From contig JBODTK010000139.1 of assembly GCA_050613775.1 (NCBI GenBank), forward strand, positions 186,001 through 250,000: a DNA stretch of 64,000 nucleotides. The letters are read 5' to 3'. Positions 48,484 to 60,337 of the stretch are shown here, piece after piece (position 1 is the first letter of the stretch; each line of letters opens with the position of its first letter). A program made the position numbers and the translations under genes. This stretch comes from Neocallimastix sp. 'constans' (taxonomy: Eukaryota). The notes beneath the pieces are model-generated. The model was not told where the DNA came from. It did no database searches and worked only from the letters and a program-made list of their open reading frames with translations.

Positions 48484-49680
48484 TTTCATAAAAGTTAAGT
48501 TTTAAATTTTCATTATAATTGCTTACTAATAAATAAACATAAATAAATAAACAATATCTTACAAATACTAATTTTTTTTTTTTTTCTATTCTTTGAACAT
48601 AAACACATGAGAAATTACTCAATTTTGAAAATTATAAATAAACAGTAATTCTTCAAACGGATAAGTATTGAATATTAAAAACACATAAATCATTGAAAGA
48701 TAAAAATCATAAAAAAAGTAATAATAAAATAAAATAAATAAAACATAGTAAAAATAAGTCAGCTATAATATTTAAGCTGAAGTTTAAAAGATAAAGGAAA
48801 CAAAAATAAACAAATAATGTTTTTCACATTTAAGCTAAAATGCATATAAAGAAAGAATAAGAAAAATAAAGTCAGCTCTATAATTTTAAGCTGAAGGATA
48901 AAATAAAGAAATAAATAATATCCAAAGTCAGCTATTAATGTTTAAGCTGAAGAATAAAGTAAAAGAGTATAAAATAAAAATATATATTTATAATATCTTA
49001 GGTCAGTTATAAATGTTTAAGCTGAAGGTTATAAATTAAAGGAATACAAAATAAAAAATATATATATAATATTTAAGGTCAGCTATAAATGATTAAGCTG
49101 AAGGTTATAAATTAAAGGAGTATGAAATTAAACTAAAAATAGACATTTAAACAAAAAAAAAAAATATATAAACTTCAAATTAAATAATAAATTAAAAGGG
49201 AAATAATAATATAAATCGTTCAATATAATAATATTTTAATATAAATAAAAGCACTAAAAATAGAATTTTAATTATAAAATTGTTATCATTAATACTAACA
49301 ATATAACGAACCAATACAATAAAATTAATCATAAATTAATCATATAAATAATATCATTTATAATGTATATATATATAAAAAAAAAAAAAAAAGGTTATTT
49401 TTAATATAAATATTTATATTAAAAGTTTTATTTATATTAATTTAATTTAACAAAAAGTCAAATGTACAAATCAACATTCATCAATCCAATAAAAGGATTT
49501 ATATTCATTATGAAAATATAAAATTTATTTGTATACTTATTTATCCATATATATAATTATATCATTCGAAATGTATAAAAAAAGACAACAAGAAAACTCA
49601 TATTTTATTCTCCAATTTAAAAATATATATATATTGATTAAACCGTTTAAAACAATAATTACAGTATTAATTCATTCAAC

Positions 49681-52600
49681 ATGCCAAGACCAGCTAGAAA
49701 TAATAATTCTCGTCTTATAGATATCACCAATGATATCTTACCCAAAGGGATTCAATTCAACTACTCGGAAAACTTCAACAATGTATGTGAACTAACTCTA
49801 GAAAATTTCCAATATTGGAGGACCAATATCCTATATCTACTTACTATCAACAATTTAGAAGAATATATTAGTTCCCCTGTTGTGAAGAAACTTAAAAGGC
49901 GCGATATCACGGACAATATAGAAAACTATATAATAGACAATTTTGATGGGTCCTTAGTGTATGCTCCAAACACTACTAAGGAGGACATAAAGAAAGATAT
50001 TCTCGTCAAGTGGATCATTACCAACAGCCTCGGAGAAAAAACAAAAGCACTACCTAAGAGCCACAACAAAACCGCCTACCAAATGTGGCAATTTCTTCAA
50101 GAGTCTTTCACTTTAGGCATTGAACATAAAAAGATGATCCTAAAACAAAAACTAAATTTATTAAAGTTCAATATGGAGGATGACATTCATATTTTTATTG
50201 CAAACCTCCAAAACATGATAGAGGAATTAGAGAATATAGATTCCACAATGGCAGACAATGTAAAGGTAGGAATCTTAGCAAGGGCCCTTCCAGAAGATTT
50301 AAAATGGATCAATGTTTTTCAGTTTAATAATAATTGGAAAGAATGCTGTGCCTATGTGAAAAGACTGATTCCGGATATCGTATACTCGAGGTTAAAAGAA
50401 AAAGAGATACTAGAATTAAAGCCAAAAAACGTTTTCAACCTTCAAACCAAGAACAACCATATCCATAATAAATTAAACCACAAATTAAGACGAAGAAGGA
50501 ATGGAAGATGCTTTCTTTGTGGAAAATACGGCCATTATCAAAAAGAGTGCTTCAAAAACAAAAGAAATAAAACTAAAAGATTTGGTAAAAATAAATTAAA
50601 CAAAAACAAAGAAAGAAAATGTAATCCTAACCCTTCAAGCAACAAACCAGTATATTCAATAGATGCTTCTAATAATTACAAAGATAATTATCAAGAGGAT
50701 TTTATAAAAGATTATAACTCGGAAAGTGCAATAGAAATTAATAGCATCGAGACTGATAATAATTACAACAAATTAACACGAGAAATAAATAATAACAATT
50801 TCATGATTTGGATCCTCGATTCTGGTGCTTCAATAAGCACTATCAATGATATTAATTCCCTTATCAACCTCAAAAAGTGCAACACAAATATTATACCTGC
50901 CGATGGAAAAGAAATACGTTCAAGTTATATTGGAGACTTTGTTGGTTACATAGACGAACATAAATTTATCCTAAAGGATGTTTTTTACTCAAAATTTATC
51001 AAAAGAAACCTAATATCAATAAATCAATTGATTAAACAAAATTACAAAATAATATTCAACAAAAATAATAATTCAACTCAAGCTATCATTTATAATGAAG
51101 ATGGAAAAAGAATTTATAATTCAATATCCGACAACAAAAACATTTTTAAACTTTTTATCTCAAAAAACCCATCTAAATTTACATATGATAATCAAAACAA
51201 TAAATATGAAATCAACAAAGTGAAAATCAACAATTGTAAAATGATGAACCTGTGGCATAGACGTCTTGGCCACTATGATATTTCAAAAATTAAAGACAAA
51301 TTAAACAACATCAACATTAAAAATAACAAATGTTCCATTTACATTAATTCAAAAATGAAAAATAAACCCTACAAATTTTCAACTAATAAAACTAATCAAA
51401 TATTTGATCTAATACATTTAGATTTGGTTGGTCTGATCACACCCTCTATTAACAATAATAAATATTTTCTATCCATCCTTGATGATTTTTCTCGCTTTGC
51501 ATGGGTTATATTTTCTGAAAATAAAACAGACATATTCGACAAATTTATTATCTGGCACAACAACATATATAATACATTTAATATTAACGTCAAATCAATC
51601 AAGTCAGACAATGGTAAAGAATTTAGCAATACTAATTTCCAAACATTTTGTCAAGAGAATGGAATAATCCATAACTTCACAGTTCCATATAATCCTTCCC
51701 AAAATGGAAAAGTCGAAAGACTTAACGGTATCCTTATCTCTTCTACAAAAGCTCTGTTAAATGAAGCGAAACTTAGTCGCCATTTTTGGGAGTACGCAGT
51801 AGATACAGCTAACTTTATCCATAATAGACTCCCTCATCAAGGCAATGAAAACCAAGTCCCTTACGAGATACTTTACAAAAAATCCGTTAAATATAATATA
51901 TTTCGTGTTTTTGGATGCCGTGTATACTTTTATGTTCCAAAAGAACTTCGATCGAAATTCGACAACAACGTCCATCCTGGTGTCTTTATTGGTTACTGCA
52001 ATAATACTAATGCATATAAAATTTTCGATTTAATATATAACAAAATTGTTACCGCCCGTACTGTTGAATTCATGGAAAACAAACCCGGAAATCTGCTTTT
52101 ATATCACTTCCCTACCAATAACGAATTCAGGGAGAGCAGTCATATAAAATTTTTAAAACAATATCCACATAGCAATCAATCAATTTACTTAGATAATAAA
52201 TCGGATATTAATATAAAATCAAAAGAAAATAAAATAAATAACAACACAGCTAATAATAATCAAATTTTTCACATACCTGACAATACAAGAAATAATAATA
52301 TGAATAATAATATTAGCAACAATATCAACAATAAAACCAAAAATAATACTAAAAATAATACCAACAATAATATCAACAATAATATTAATAACATTATCAA
52401 CAACGACAGTAACATATACATTAATATTGACAACAAAAATAATTACAATAATAAAAGAAAATTAAATAAACAAAATAATACAATAATAAAACGAAAAAAG
52501 ATTAACAATACGAAAACATCAAACTCAAAAACAAATAATCTAGTTGAACCATACAATTATAGAGATATATTCAAATTAAACGATAAGATACAATGGTTAA

Positions 52601-54063
52601 ATTCGGTAAAAGAGGAACTAAACAATATGAGAAAACTTAATGTTTATACAATAGTAAAATCAGTACCCAATGGATCCAACATTATTTCATCACGTTGGGT
52701 TTTCAAATATAAGAGAGATCCAAATAGCAACATAACAAAGAGAAAGGCTAGACTCGTTGCTAAAGGATATACTCAAGAATACGGAGTGGATTATAAGGAA
52801 ACCTTCGCTCCAACTCTCAAACAAGACACAATCCGAATAATAACCGTGTTAGCCGTACAAAACAATATTAATATTAAACAAATCGATATTAATTCAGCGT
52901 ACCTAAATGCACCATTAAAAGAAGTTATCTACATGAAGACCCCCGAAGGAGATCCCTTATACGGCAAGTCATTCTGGAAATTAAACAAGGCTCTTTACGG
53001 CTTGAAACAAGCTGGTAAAGAGTGGAATGATAAACTAAATTCAGAACTTATAAAAATTGGATTCAAGAGACTTAAAAGTGAACCATGTGTATATGTCAAA
53101 ATAAATGAAAGAAACAAAATTGTATGTATATTATCTGTTTACGTTGACGATATACTTATAGCAGGTACAAATAAAGATATTGATAATGTTAAAAATTCAA
53201 TTAAAGAAAAATTTAATATAAAGGACATTGGAGATGTTGAATTCTTCATTGGTATTAAATTCACTAAAATATTAAATGGATACATTCTACATCAGTCTAG
53301 ATATATAAATGATATTTTTAACAAATATAATATCAGTTCCCTCCTACCAACAAAGAACCTAATCCCAATTGAAAATCCAGAATTAAGAAATAAACCTTTC
53401 GATGAAACAAAATATAGAAGTGCAGTCGGGAGCTTATTATATTTAGCAATCTGTACGCGTCCTGATATATTATTTGCAGTCAGTAAAGCTTCTAGGAAGT
53501 CCAGTAAACCAACATTGGAAGATTGGAGCAATGTGATAAGGATATTTAGATATTTAAAATACACAAGGAATTATGGAATTAAAATTGAAAAAGGAATGAG
53601 TTTAAAAGTTTATGTAGACGCCGACTATGCTGGTGATCCTGGCACAAGAAAATCAACATCTGGTTTTCTTATAATGATGGGAAACACTCCAACAAGTTGG
53701 TTCTCAAAGTTACAACATTGTGTTTCCACTTCTACAACAGAAGCGGAATATTACAGCTTAAGTGAATGTGCAAAGCACACACTTTGGTATAGAAACTTTT
53801 TAAATGAACTAAATATAAAATCAAACGACATCACAATTTATGTAGACAACAAAGCAACAATTTACAATAGTGAAAATCAATCAATCAATCCAAAATCAAA
53901 ACACATAGATATCCGATACCACCATGTCAGAGATTTAGTTAATAAACAACTAATAAAACTAAAATATATTAAATCCAAAGATAACTTAGCAGATGGGTTT
54001 ACTAAATATTTAAACAACACTCTTATGAATAAATTTAGAGACTCTATATTATCGAAATATTAA
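49681..54063 (+). CDS. Copia Gag-Pol polyprotein, 1460 aa, intact
   Basis: CFLCGKYGHYQKEC, WILDSGAS, WHRRLGH, SDNGKEF, KARLVAKG, YVDD, DADYAG and KHIDIRYH in PR-IN-RT-RH order. Confidence 0.97.
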   Translation: MPRPARNNNSRLIDITNDILPKGIQFNYSENFNNVCELTLENFQYWRTNILYLLTINNLEEYISSPVVKKLKRRDITDNIENYIIDNFDGSLVYAPNTTKEDIKKDILVKWIITNSLGEKTKALPKSHNKTAYQMWQFLQESFTLGIEHKKMILKQKLNLLKFNMEDDIHIFIANLQNMIEELENIDSTMADNVKVGILARALPEDLKWINVFQFNNNWKECCAYVKRLIPDIVYSRLKEKEILELKPKNVFNLQTKNNHIHNKLNHKLRRRRNGRCFLCGKYGHYQKECFKNKRNKTKRFGKNKLNKNKERKCNPNPSSNKPVYSIDASNNYKDNYQEDFIKDYNSESAIEINSIETDNNYNKLTREINNNNFMIWILDSGASISTINDINSLINLKKCNTNIIPADGKEIRSSYIGDFVGYIDEHKFILKDVFYSKFIKRNLISINQLIKQNYKIIFNKNNNSTQAIIYNEDGKRIYNSISDNKNIFKLFISKNPSKFTYDNQNNKYEINKVKINNCKMMNLWHRRLGHYDISKIKDKLNNINIKNNKCSIYINSKMKNKPYKFSTNKTNQIFDLIHLDLVGLITPSINNNKYFLSILDDFSRFAWVIFSENKTDIFDKFIIWHNNIYNTFNINVKSIKSDNGKEFSNTNFQTFCQENGIIHNFTVPYNPSQNGKVERLNGILISSTKALLNEAKLSRHFWEYAVDTANFIHNRLPHQGNENQVPYEILYKKSVKYNIFRVFGCRVYFYVPKELRSKFDNNVHPGVFIGYCNNTNAYKIFDLIYNKIVTARTVEFMENKPGNLLLYHFPTNNEFRESSHIKFLKQYPHSNQSIYLDNKSDINIKSKENKINNNTANNNQIFHIPDNTRNNNMNNNISNNINNKTKNNTKNNTNNNINNNINNIINNDSNIYINIDNKNNYNNKRKLNKQNNTIIKRKKINNTKTSNSKTNNLVEPYNYRDIFKLNDKIQWLNSVKEELNNMRKLNVYTIVKSVPNGSNIISSRWVFKYKRDPNSNITKRKARLVAKGYTQEYGVDYKETFAPTLKQDTIRIITVLAVQNNINIKQIDINSAYLNAPLKEVIYMKTPEGDPLYGKSFWKLNKALYGLKQAGKEWNDKLNSELIKIGFKRLKSEPCVYVKINERNKIVCILSVYVDDILIAGTNKDIDNVKNSIKEKFNIKDIGDVEFFIGIKFTKILNGYILHQSRYINDIFNKYNISSLLPTKNLIPIENPELRNKPFDETKYRSAVGSLLYLAICTRPDILFAVSKASRKSSKPTLEDWSNVIRIFRYLKYTRNYGIKIEKGMSLKVYVDADYAGDPGTRKSTSGFLIMMGNTPTSWFSKLQHCVSTSTTEAEYYSLSECAKHTLWYRNFLNELNIKSNDITIYVDNKATIYNSENQSINPKSKHIDIRYHHVRDLVNKQLIKLKYIKSKDNLADGFTKYLNNTLMNKFRDSILSKY

Positions 54064-54464
54064 TACGAATTTTTTTTTTCTCATTTTTGAGTTTTTTTTT
54101 TTAAAAAATGCTTCATCATATTCTTTAAGTGAATGTTTAAAATCTAACTTTTTTTTCTTATTATTAAGTTTTTTTTTAGTTAGATTTTTGGGGGAATGTT
54201 AAAAATAATGATTCGTCATACAATAAATAAATTAAAATAAAATATAAATTAATATAAATAATGAAATAATTTCATTGTATAAAAAAAGTATAAATACAAA
54301 AGGATATATTTTGTTTTTGAAAAATATAGATATAACCATAATAATATATATAAAAAATAGAATGCAATAATAAAATATACTAAATAAAAAAACATGTCTT
54401 TAACAAAACTCTTAAATATCTTTTTAATAAAATTTGAGTATCATCTAATTTTGTTCTTTTAACA

Positions 54465-57400
54465 GATTTAATATATTTTAATTTGATTATTTTCTTGCTG
54501 ACTATGTCTCGGATGTGGTGATAACGAATATCGATATGCTTTGATTTTGGATTTATCGATACATTTTCACTATTATAAATGGTAGCTTTGTTGTCTATAA
54601 AAATTGTAATATCCTTAATATTTATATTTAACTCGCTTAAAAGATTTTTATACCATAACGCATGTTTTGCGAATTCACTTAAGCTGTAGTATTCAGCTTC
54701 AGCAATGGAAGTTGAAACACAATGCTGTAGTTTAGAAAACCAGCTAGTTGGAGTAGGTCCCATCATCATAAGAAAACCGGATGTGGATTTCCTAGATCCT
54801 GAATCGCCAGCATAATCTGCATCGACAAATATTTTGAGGTTCATATTCTTTTCTACCTTGATTCCGTAATTTATCGATCCTCTTAAATATCTGAAAATTT
54901 TGAGCACGTTTTCCCAATCTTCTAATGTTGGTTGACGTGCCTTTCTCGCTGCTCGAGTGACACCAAACAAAATATCTGGTCGAGTGCATATGGCTAAATA
55001 TAGTAGATTTCCAATTGCACTCCTATATGTTGTTTCATTAAATTTTGTCTTTCTTAGATTTTCATTTTCTTTTGGTATAAAGTTTCTAAGCAGGGTTAAT
55101 TTGTTTATTTTATATTTATTTAATATATTTTTCACATACCTTGATTGATTAAGAATATAACCATTTTGGACCTTTTCAAATTTGATTCCAATAACGAATT
55201 CGACATCTCCAATATCTTTGATGTTAAATTTCTCTTTAATTGATTTTTTGACATTATTTATTTCATTTTCCTTTCCTGCAATAAGAATGTCGTCTACGTA
55301 GATTGATAATATACAAATTATGTTTTTATCATTATCAAATTTTACATACAGACATGGTTCACTTTTAATTCTCCTAAAGTTCATTTTAAGTAACTCTTCA
55401 TTTAATTTGTTGTTCCATTGTTTTCCGGCCTGTTTAAATCCATAAAGTGCCTTCTTGAATTTCCAAAAATATTTTCCATGAGAATAGTGTCCTTCAGGTG
55501 CTATCATGTATATATCTTCTTCTATTGGGGCATTTAAGTATGCCGAATTTACATCTATTTGTTTTATTTTAAAATTATTTATAACAGCTATTACTGTAAA
55601 TATTCTAAGTGTGTCTTGTTTTAGTGTTGGGGCAAAAGTTTCTTTATAATCAATTCCGTATTTTTGATTATAACCTTTCGCCACCAATCTGGCTTTCCTC
55701 TTGATGATATCGCCTTCGGAATTCCTTTTTAGTTTAAATACCCATCTTGAAGATATTACATTGGTGTTTGGGGGAATTTTTCTTATGATATCGAACACTT
55801 TAAGTTTCTCCATATTTGTTAGTTCTTCTCGGATTGCTTTTATCCATTCTATTTTATCCTTTAATTTGAATATGTCATTATAATTTATTGGTTCTTGAAA
55901 CTGATCTGTTAAGGGATTATTAACTTTATTGTTTTTGTTAGACTTAAAACGTTTATTTAATTTGTTATTGTTAAACATTGACTTTCTTTTAGATGTGCTG
56001 TGTAATGAAAGGTTTTTATTTAATTGATGACTTAAAAAATATTCGTTATTAGTGTTATTTATAGTAAATTGTGATGTGTTGGTATCTGAATAATTTTCAA
56101 TTAAATTGTTATTGATTTTACCATTATTATTAATTTCTTTTTCATTATTATTTTTGTTGTAATTTTTGTTGTTTCCATTATAATTATTATTAATTGTGTT
56201 GTTTTTATTTATTGTAGAATCAACTTTATTATCATTGACCTTTTTATTTTCGATGAAATTATTTTCTTTATTATTGTTATTATTTTGAGTGGTATAATTT
56301 TAATTGTTATTATTATTGTTATTGTTATTGTCTTTATTGTTGCTTTGAGTGTTCTTTTCATTGCTGTAATTATTATTATGTTTTTTATAATTATCATTGC
56401 TGTAATTGTTATATTTTGAATAATTGCCTTCAAGGTGTTTTAAATTTTTAATAAAATTGTTATTTGTATAATCAGCCTCTCTGAATTCGTTATTGGTGTA
56501 ATGAAAATAAGTGTTGCCAGGTTGATTTTCTAGGAACTCAACAGTTCTGGAAAGAATAATTTTATGATTTATAATATCTAGAATTTTATACGCCTTTGTA
56601 TTTTCGCTATAGCCTAGAAAGATACCAGGATGAGAATTATTGTCAAATTTTGAGCGAAATTCTTTAGGGATGAAAAAATAGACACGACATCCAAAAACTC
56701 GAAAATTGTTATAATTAACTGGTTTATTGTATAAGATTTCATAGGGAATTTTATTGTTAATTCCCTGATGAGGTAAACGGTTATGAATAAAATTTGCAGT
56801 ATCCACCGCAAACTCCCAAAAGTTATGGCTTAATTTTGATTCGTTTAGGAGTGATTTGGCGCAGTAGATTAATGTTCCGTTAAAGCGTTCAGATCGTCCG
56901 TTTTGTGCTGGATTAAATGGGACTGTAAATTGTTGAATAATCCCGTTAGTTTGGCAGAATTATTCAAAACTTTTGTTCTTAAATTCCTTACCATTGTCAG
57001 TTCGAATATATTTTATTTTAGTATTAAAAATATTTGATATTCTGTTATACCAGAGAGTAAATTTTTCAAAAGTTTCATATTTATTTGTAATGAAGATTAT
57101 TCATCCAAAACGTGAAAAATCATCCAGAATTGTTAGAAAATATTTATAACCATTTAAGGAAGTTGTAACTGGTCCTACCAAGTCCATATGGATTAACTCA
57201 AAAATGTGAAAAGTTTTGTTTTTAACGTTTTTAAATGGTTTATTTTTGAGTTTTGAGTTAATACATATTTGGCATTTTTCTGGTGGAATTATTTTATTTA
57301 GCTTATCTTTGACTAAGGAAATGTTGAAATGACCTAGGCGGCGATGCCAGAGGTCCATAATTTGACTTTTGTTTAAGTGTGTGTTACTAATTTCGTTTGT

Positions 57401-60022
57401 GATATATGAATCTTTTTTATCGAATATTATTGGAAACTTTGAAAAATAAATTTTAAAAGTATTATTAAGATTTGAAAAAATGTCACATACTCTATTACCA
57501 TTATTGTCGTAAATTGAAGCTCTTGGTAAATTGTTAAAATTATTGAAAACGACTTTATAATTTTGTAACATTAATTGATTAATTGATATTAAGTTTTTAT
57601 ATATTTGGTTTGAATAATATACATTCTTTAAAACAAATTTATGATTATTTATATATCCTTCAAAATTGCATAAGTGACTTGCGATTATTTCTTTGCCATT
57701 TGGTAAAGATATATTTATTTTGCATTTTCTTATATTTGTTAATTGATCTAAATTATTTGTTACGCTGATGGAAGCTCCAGAATCAAGTATCCAGCATGTG
57801 ATATTATTATTGTTGATTATGTCAGATTGATTGTTATTATTGATTATTGCGGAATTAATTTCAAAACACCTTTCAGAATAATAGTCAGTTGAAAAATCTT
57901 CCTGAATGTCGCTGTTATAATTATTTACATTATTGATATTATAATTGTTGTTTTTATCGGTATTTTTTCTTGCTAGACTTATAATTTCTTTTGCGGTTTA
58001 ATTTTCTACTTTTATTGTTATATCTATTCTTCTTTTTGTTGTTACCCTTTTTATTTCTCCAGCATTCCTTTTTATAATGACCAAATTTTCCGCACAAGTA
58101 GCATTTACCATTTTTTCTTTTTCTTTTGTTATTCTTTTTAATTTGGTCATTGTTATTCTTGTTGTGTGTTGTAACATTAAAGATACTTTGTTGATTCTCG
58201 GTTATAGTATTTTCTCTAATTTTTGAAAATATTATGTATGGAATAATTCTCTCTAGATAACTACAGCAACCCTTCCAGTTATTATTGAATTGAAAGACAT
58301 TTACCCAGCGAATGTTTTCTGGTAAAGATCGATTTAACATCCCAACCTTTACATTATCGCTAAGGTCACTGTCTATTCTCTCAAGGTCATAAATTAAGTT
58401 TTGAAATTTTGATAGAAATATATGTATGTCATCTTCCATGTTGTATTTTAACTTATTGAGTTTATCCTTTAATATCATCTTTTGATGTTCTTCTCCCATT
58501 GTGAACGAGTTATTAAGTAGTTTCCAAATTTCGTAGGCAGTTTTATTATGACTATTCAAGATCCTTTTAGTATTTTCACCGAGACTATTTGTGATTATCC
58601 ACTTGACAAGTATATCATTTTTGATGTCCTCTTCCGACGTTCTGAGTTCATATACAAGAGATATATCAAATTTATCCGTAATATAATCGTTTAAATTTCC
58701 TCTTATATCCTTTTTTCTTAATTTCTTGACCTTTTGATCCCCAATGTAGCTGTCTAAATTATTAATGCTTAAAAGGTAGAGGATGTTGGTTTTCCAATTT
58801 AAGAAATTTTACGTAGTCAGTTCCGTAACATGATTAAAATTTTCTGAATAATTAAAGGAGAATCCTTTTGGGTTTGAATTTTCTTCAGTAATATTAGTTA
58901 CTTGATTGCTATTGAGTCTATTTGTTCTTCTAGCCATTTTAATTGATTTTGAAATATATTGTTTAGAGTTTGTTTATTTTAATTGTAGTATTGTTTTTAT
59001 TGTGTTTAAAAATTGTACATTTTATAAAAATTTTATTTACTTTTTATATGGTTTATTAATAGTCCTATGATTTATATTAAATTTTGTATATCACTGGATA
59101 TTGATTGTTATTATTTTAGGAACAAACTTAAATTATTATCATTCCTGTGAAAATGATCAATAATATGACTATCGTTTATATTAAATTAATAGAATTTTAA
59201 ATTATGTAATATAATTCTGTTCAATAGTTTGACCATCCTATTGTTTAGGTTTATTTTATATTTTATTTTTGTATTTTGTTTATATGTTATCGTAATATTC
59301 ACTGACTAAAGTTGTTACCTTTAAATTATTGTTTCATATTTTTATGATTCATGTGTGTGCCATTTAATCATGTCATAAGACATTATATTATTAATGTTTA
59401 ATGATTGTTCTTTTGTTATTGGATATTTATTTAATTAAGTTTACATGTCATAATTTATCTGTTTATATTAACTTGGAAATATATTTAATATTTCTATTAT
59501 GATTGGTTTTTTTTTTTTTTTTTTGTTATGTTTAATGAAAATATGATTTTAAATATATAAATAAATACAATAAATTTATTTATATTAAAATAATATTTTA
59601 ATTAGTTATATTTGTAATTGTTTTTATCCTTTAATGTAGTCTTTTGTATAATATCGATCTTAAGCCCATAATATTTTGAATTTCCTCTTGAAGTATATAT
59701 GGCTTATATATTAATATTCGTATAATTTTGAATTATATTTATTTTATTTAATTTTGTATTTTATTTTAATTTTCAGCTTATTTTTGTATAGCTGACCTTT
59801 TGTTTCAATTCTCAGCTTATTTTTGCATAGCTGACTTTTGTTTTGATTCTCAGCTTATTTTTACATAGCTGACTTTTATTTCAATTTTGTATACTTTCAA
59901 GAGGATAGTTATATTTGTTCCTTTTAATTAATATTAAAATAATAGTATTTTTCATATATAAATATAGGTATTAGAATTTTGTGATATTCAGTTAATTAAA
60001 TATATATATATTGAATAACACT

Positions 60023-60058
<36 letters not shown>

Positions 60059-60337
60059 TTTATTCTCAATCGGTTGAGATTGAGACTCTTAATCTGTTAA
60101 AGAAAGGTTAAGAGACACTCAATTTAATAAATACAAATATTGTTTATTTTATAAAGATAAGAATGTGTTTTAAAATATTTTATTATAAAGTATTTATTAA
60201 TTATAAAAATAGAGAAGATATTTTTAAGAAGAATTTTATTTCTCTTAATTTATATAAGTATATTTAATTTATTTATGATAACTTAATGGTTAATGATAAA
60301 TTAAAAACTTAAATGATAAATGTTTATATTTTTAACA
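54465..60337 (-). mobile_element. Decayed Copia (Copia-B): 5' LTR 60095-60337, PBS 60063-60094, broken gag-pol from ATG 58937, 3' end cut by the Copia-A LTR
   Basis: ORF fragments homologous to Copia-A from Gag to RNase H, with several stops and frameshifts. Confidence 0.93.

Larger units (their letters stand above)
48186..54464 (+). mobile_element. Ty1/Copia element (Copia-A), LTRs at 48186-48452 and 54197-54464
   Basis: TGTTAAAA..TTTTAACA LTRs, PBS, PPT-like GGGGGAA before the 3' LTR, single long ORF. Confidence 0.95.

Noticed and set aside
54380..54464. C-terminal tail of the 532-aa Copia-B ORF
   Set aside because: Read-through into the inverted Copia-A LTR
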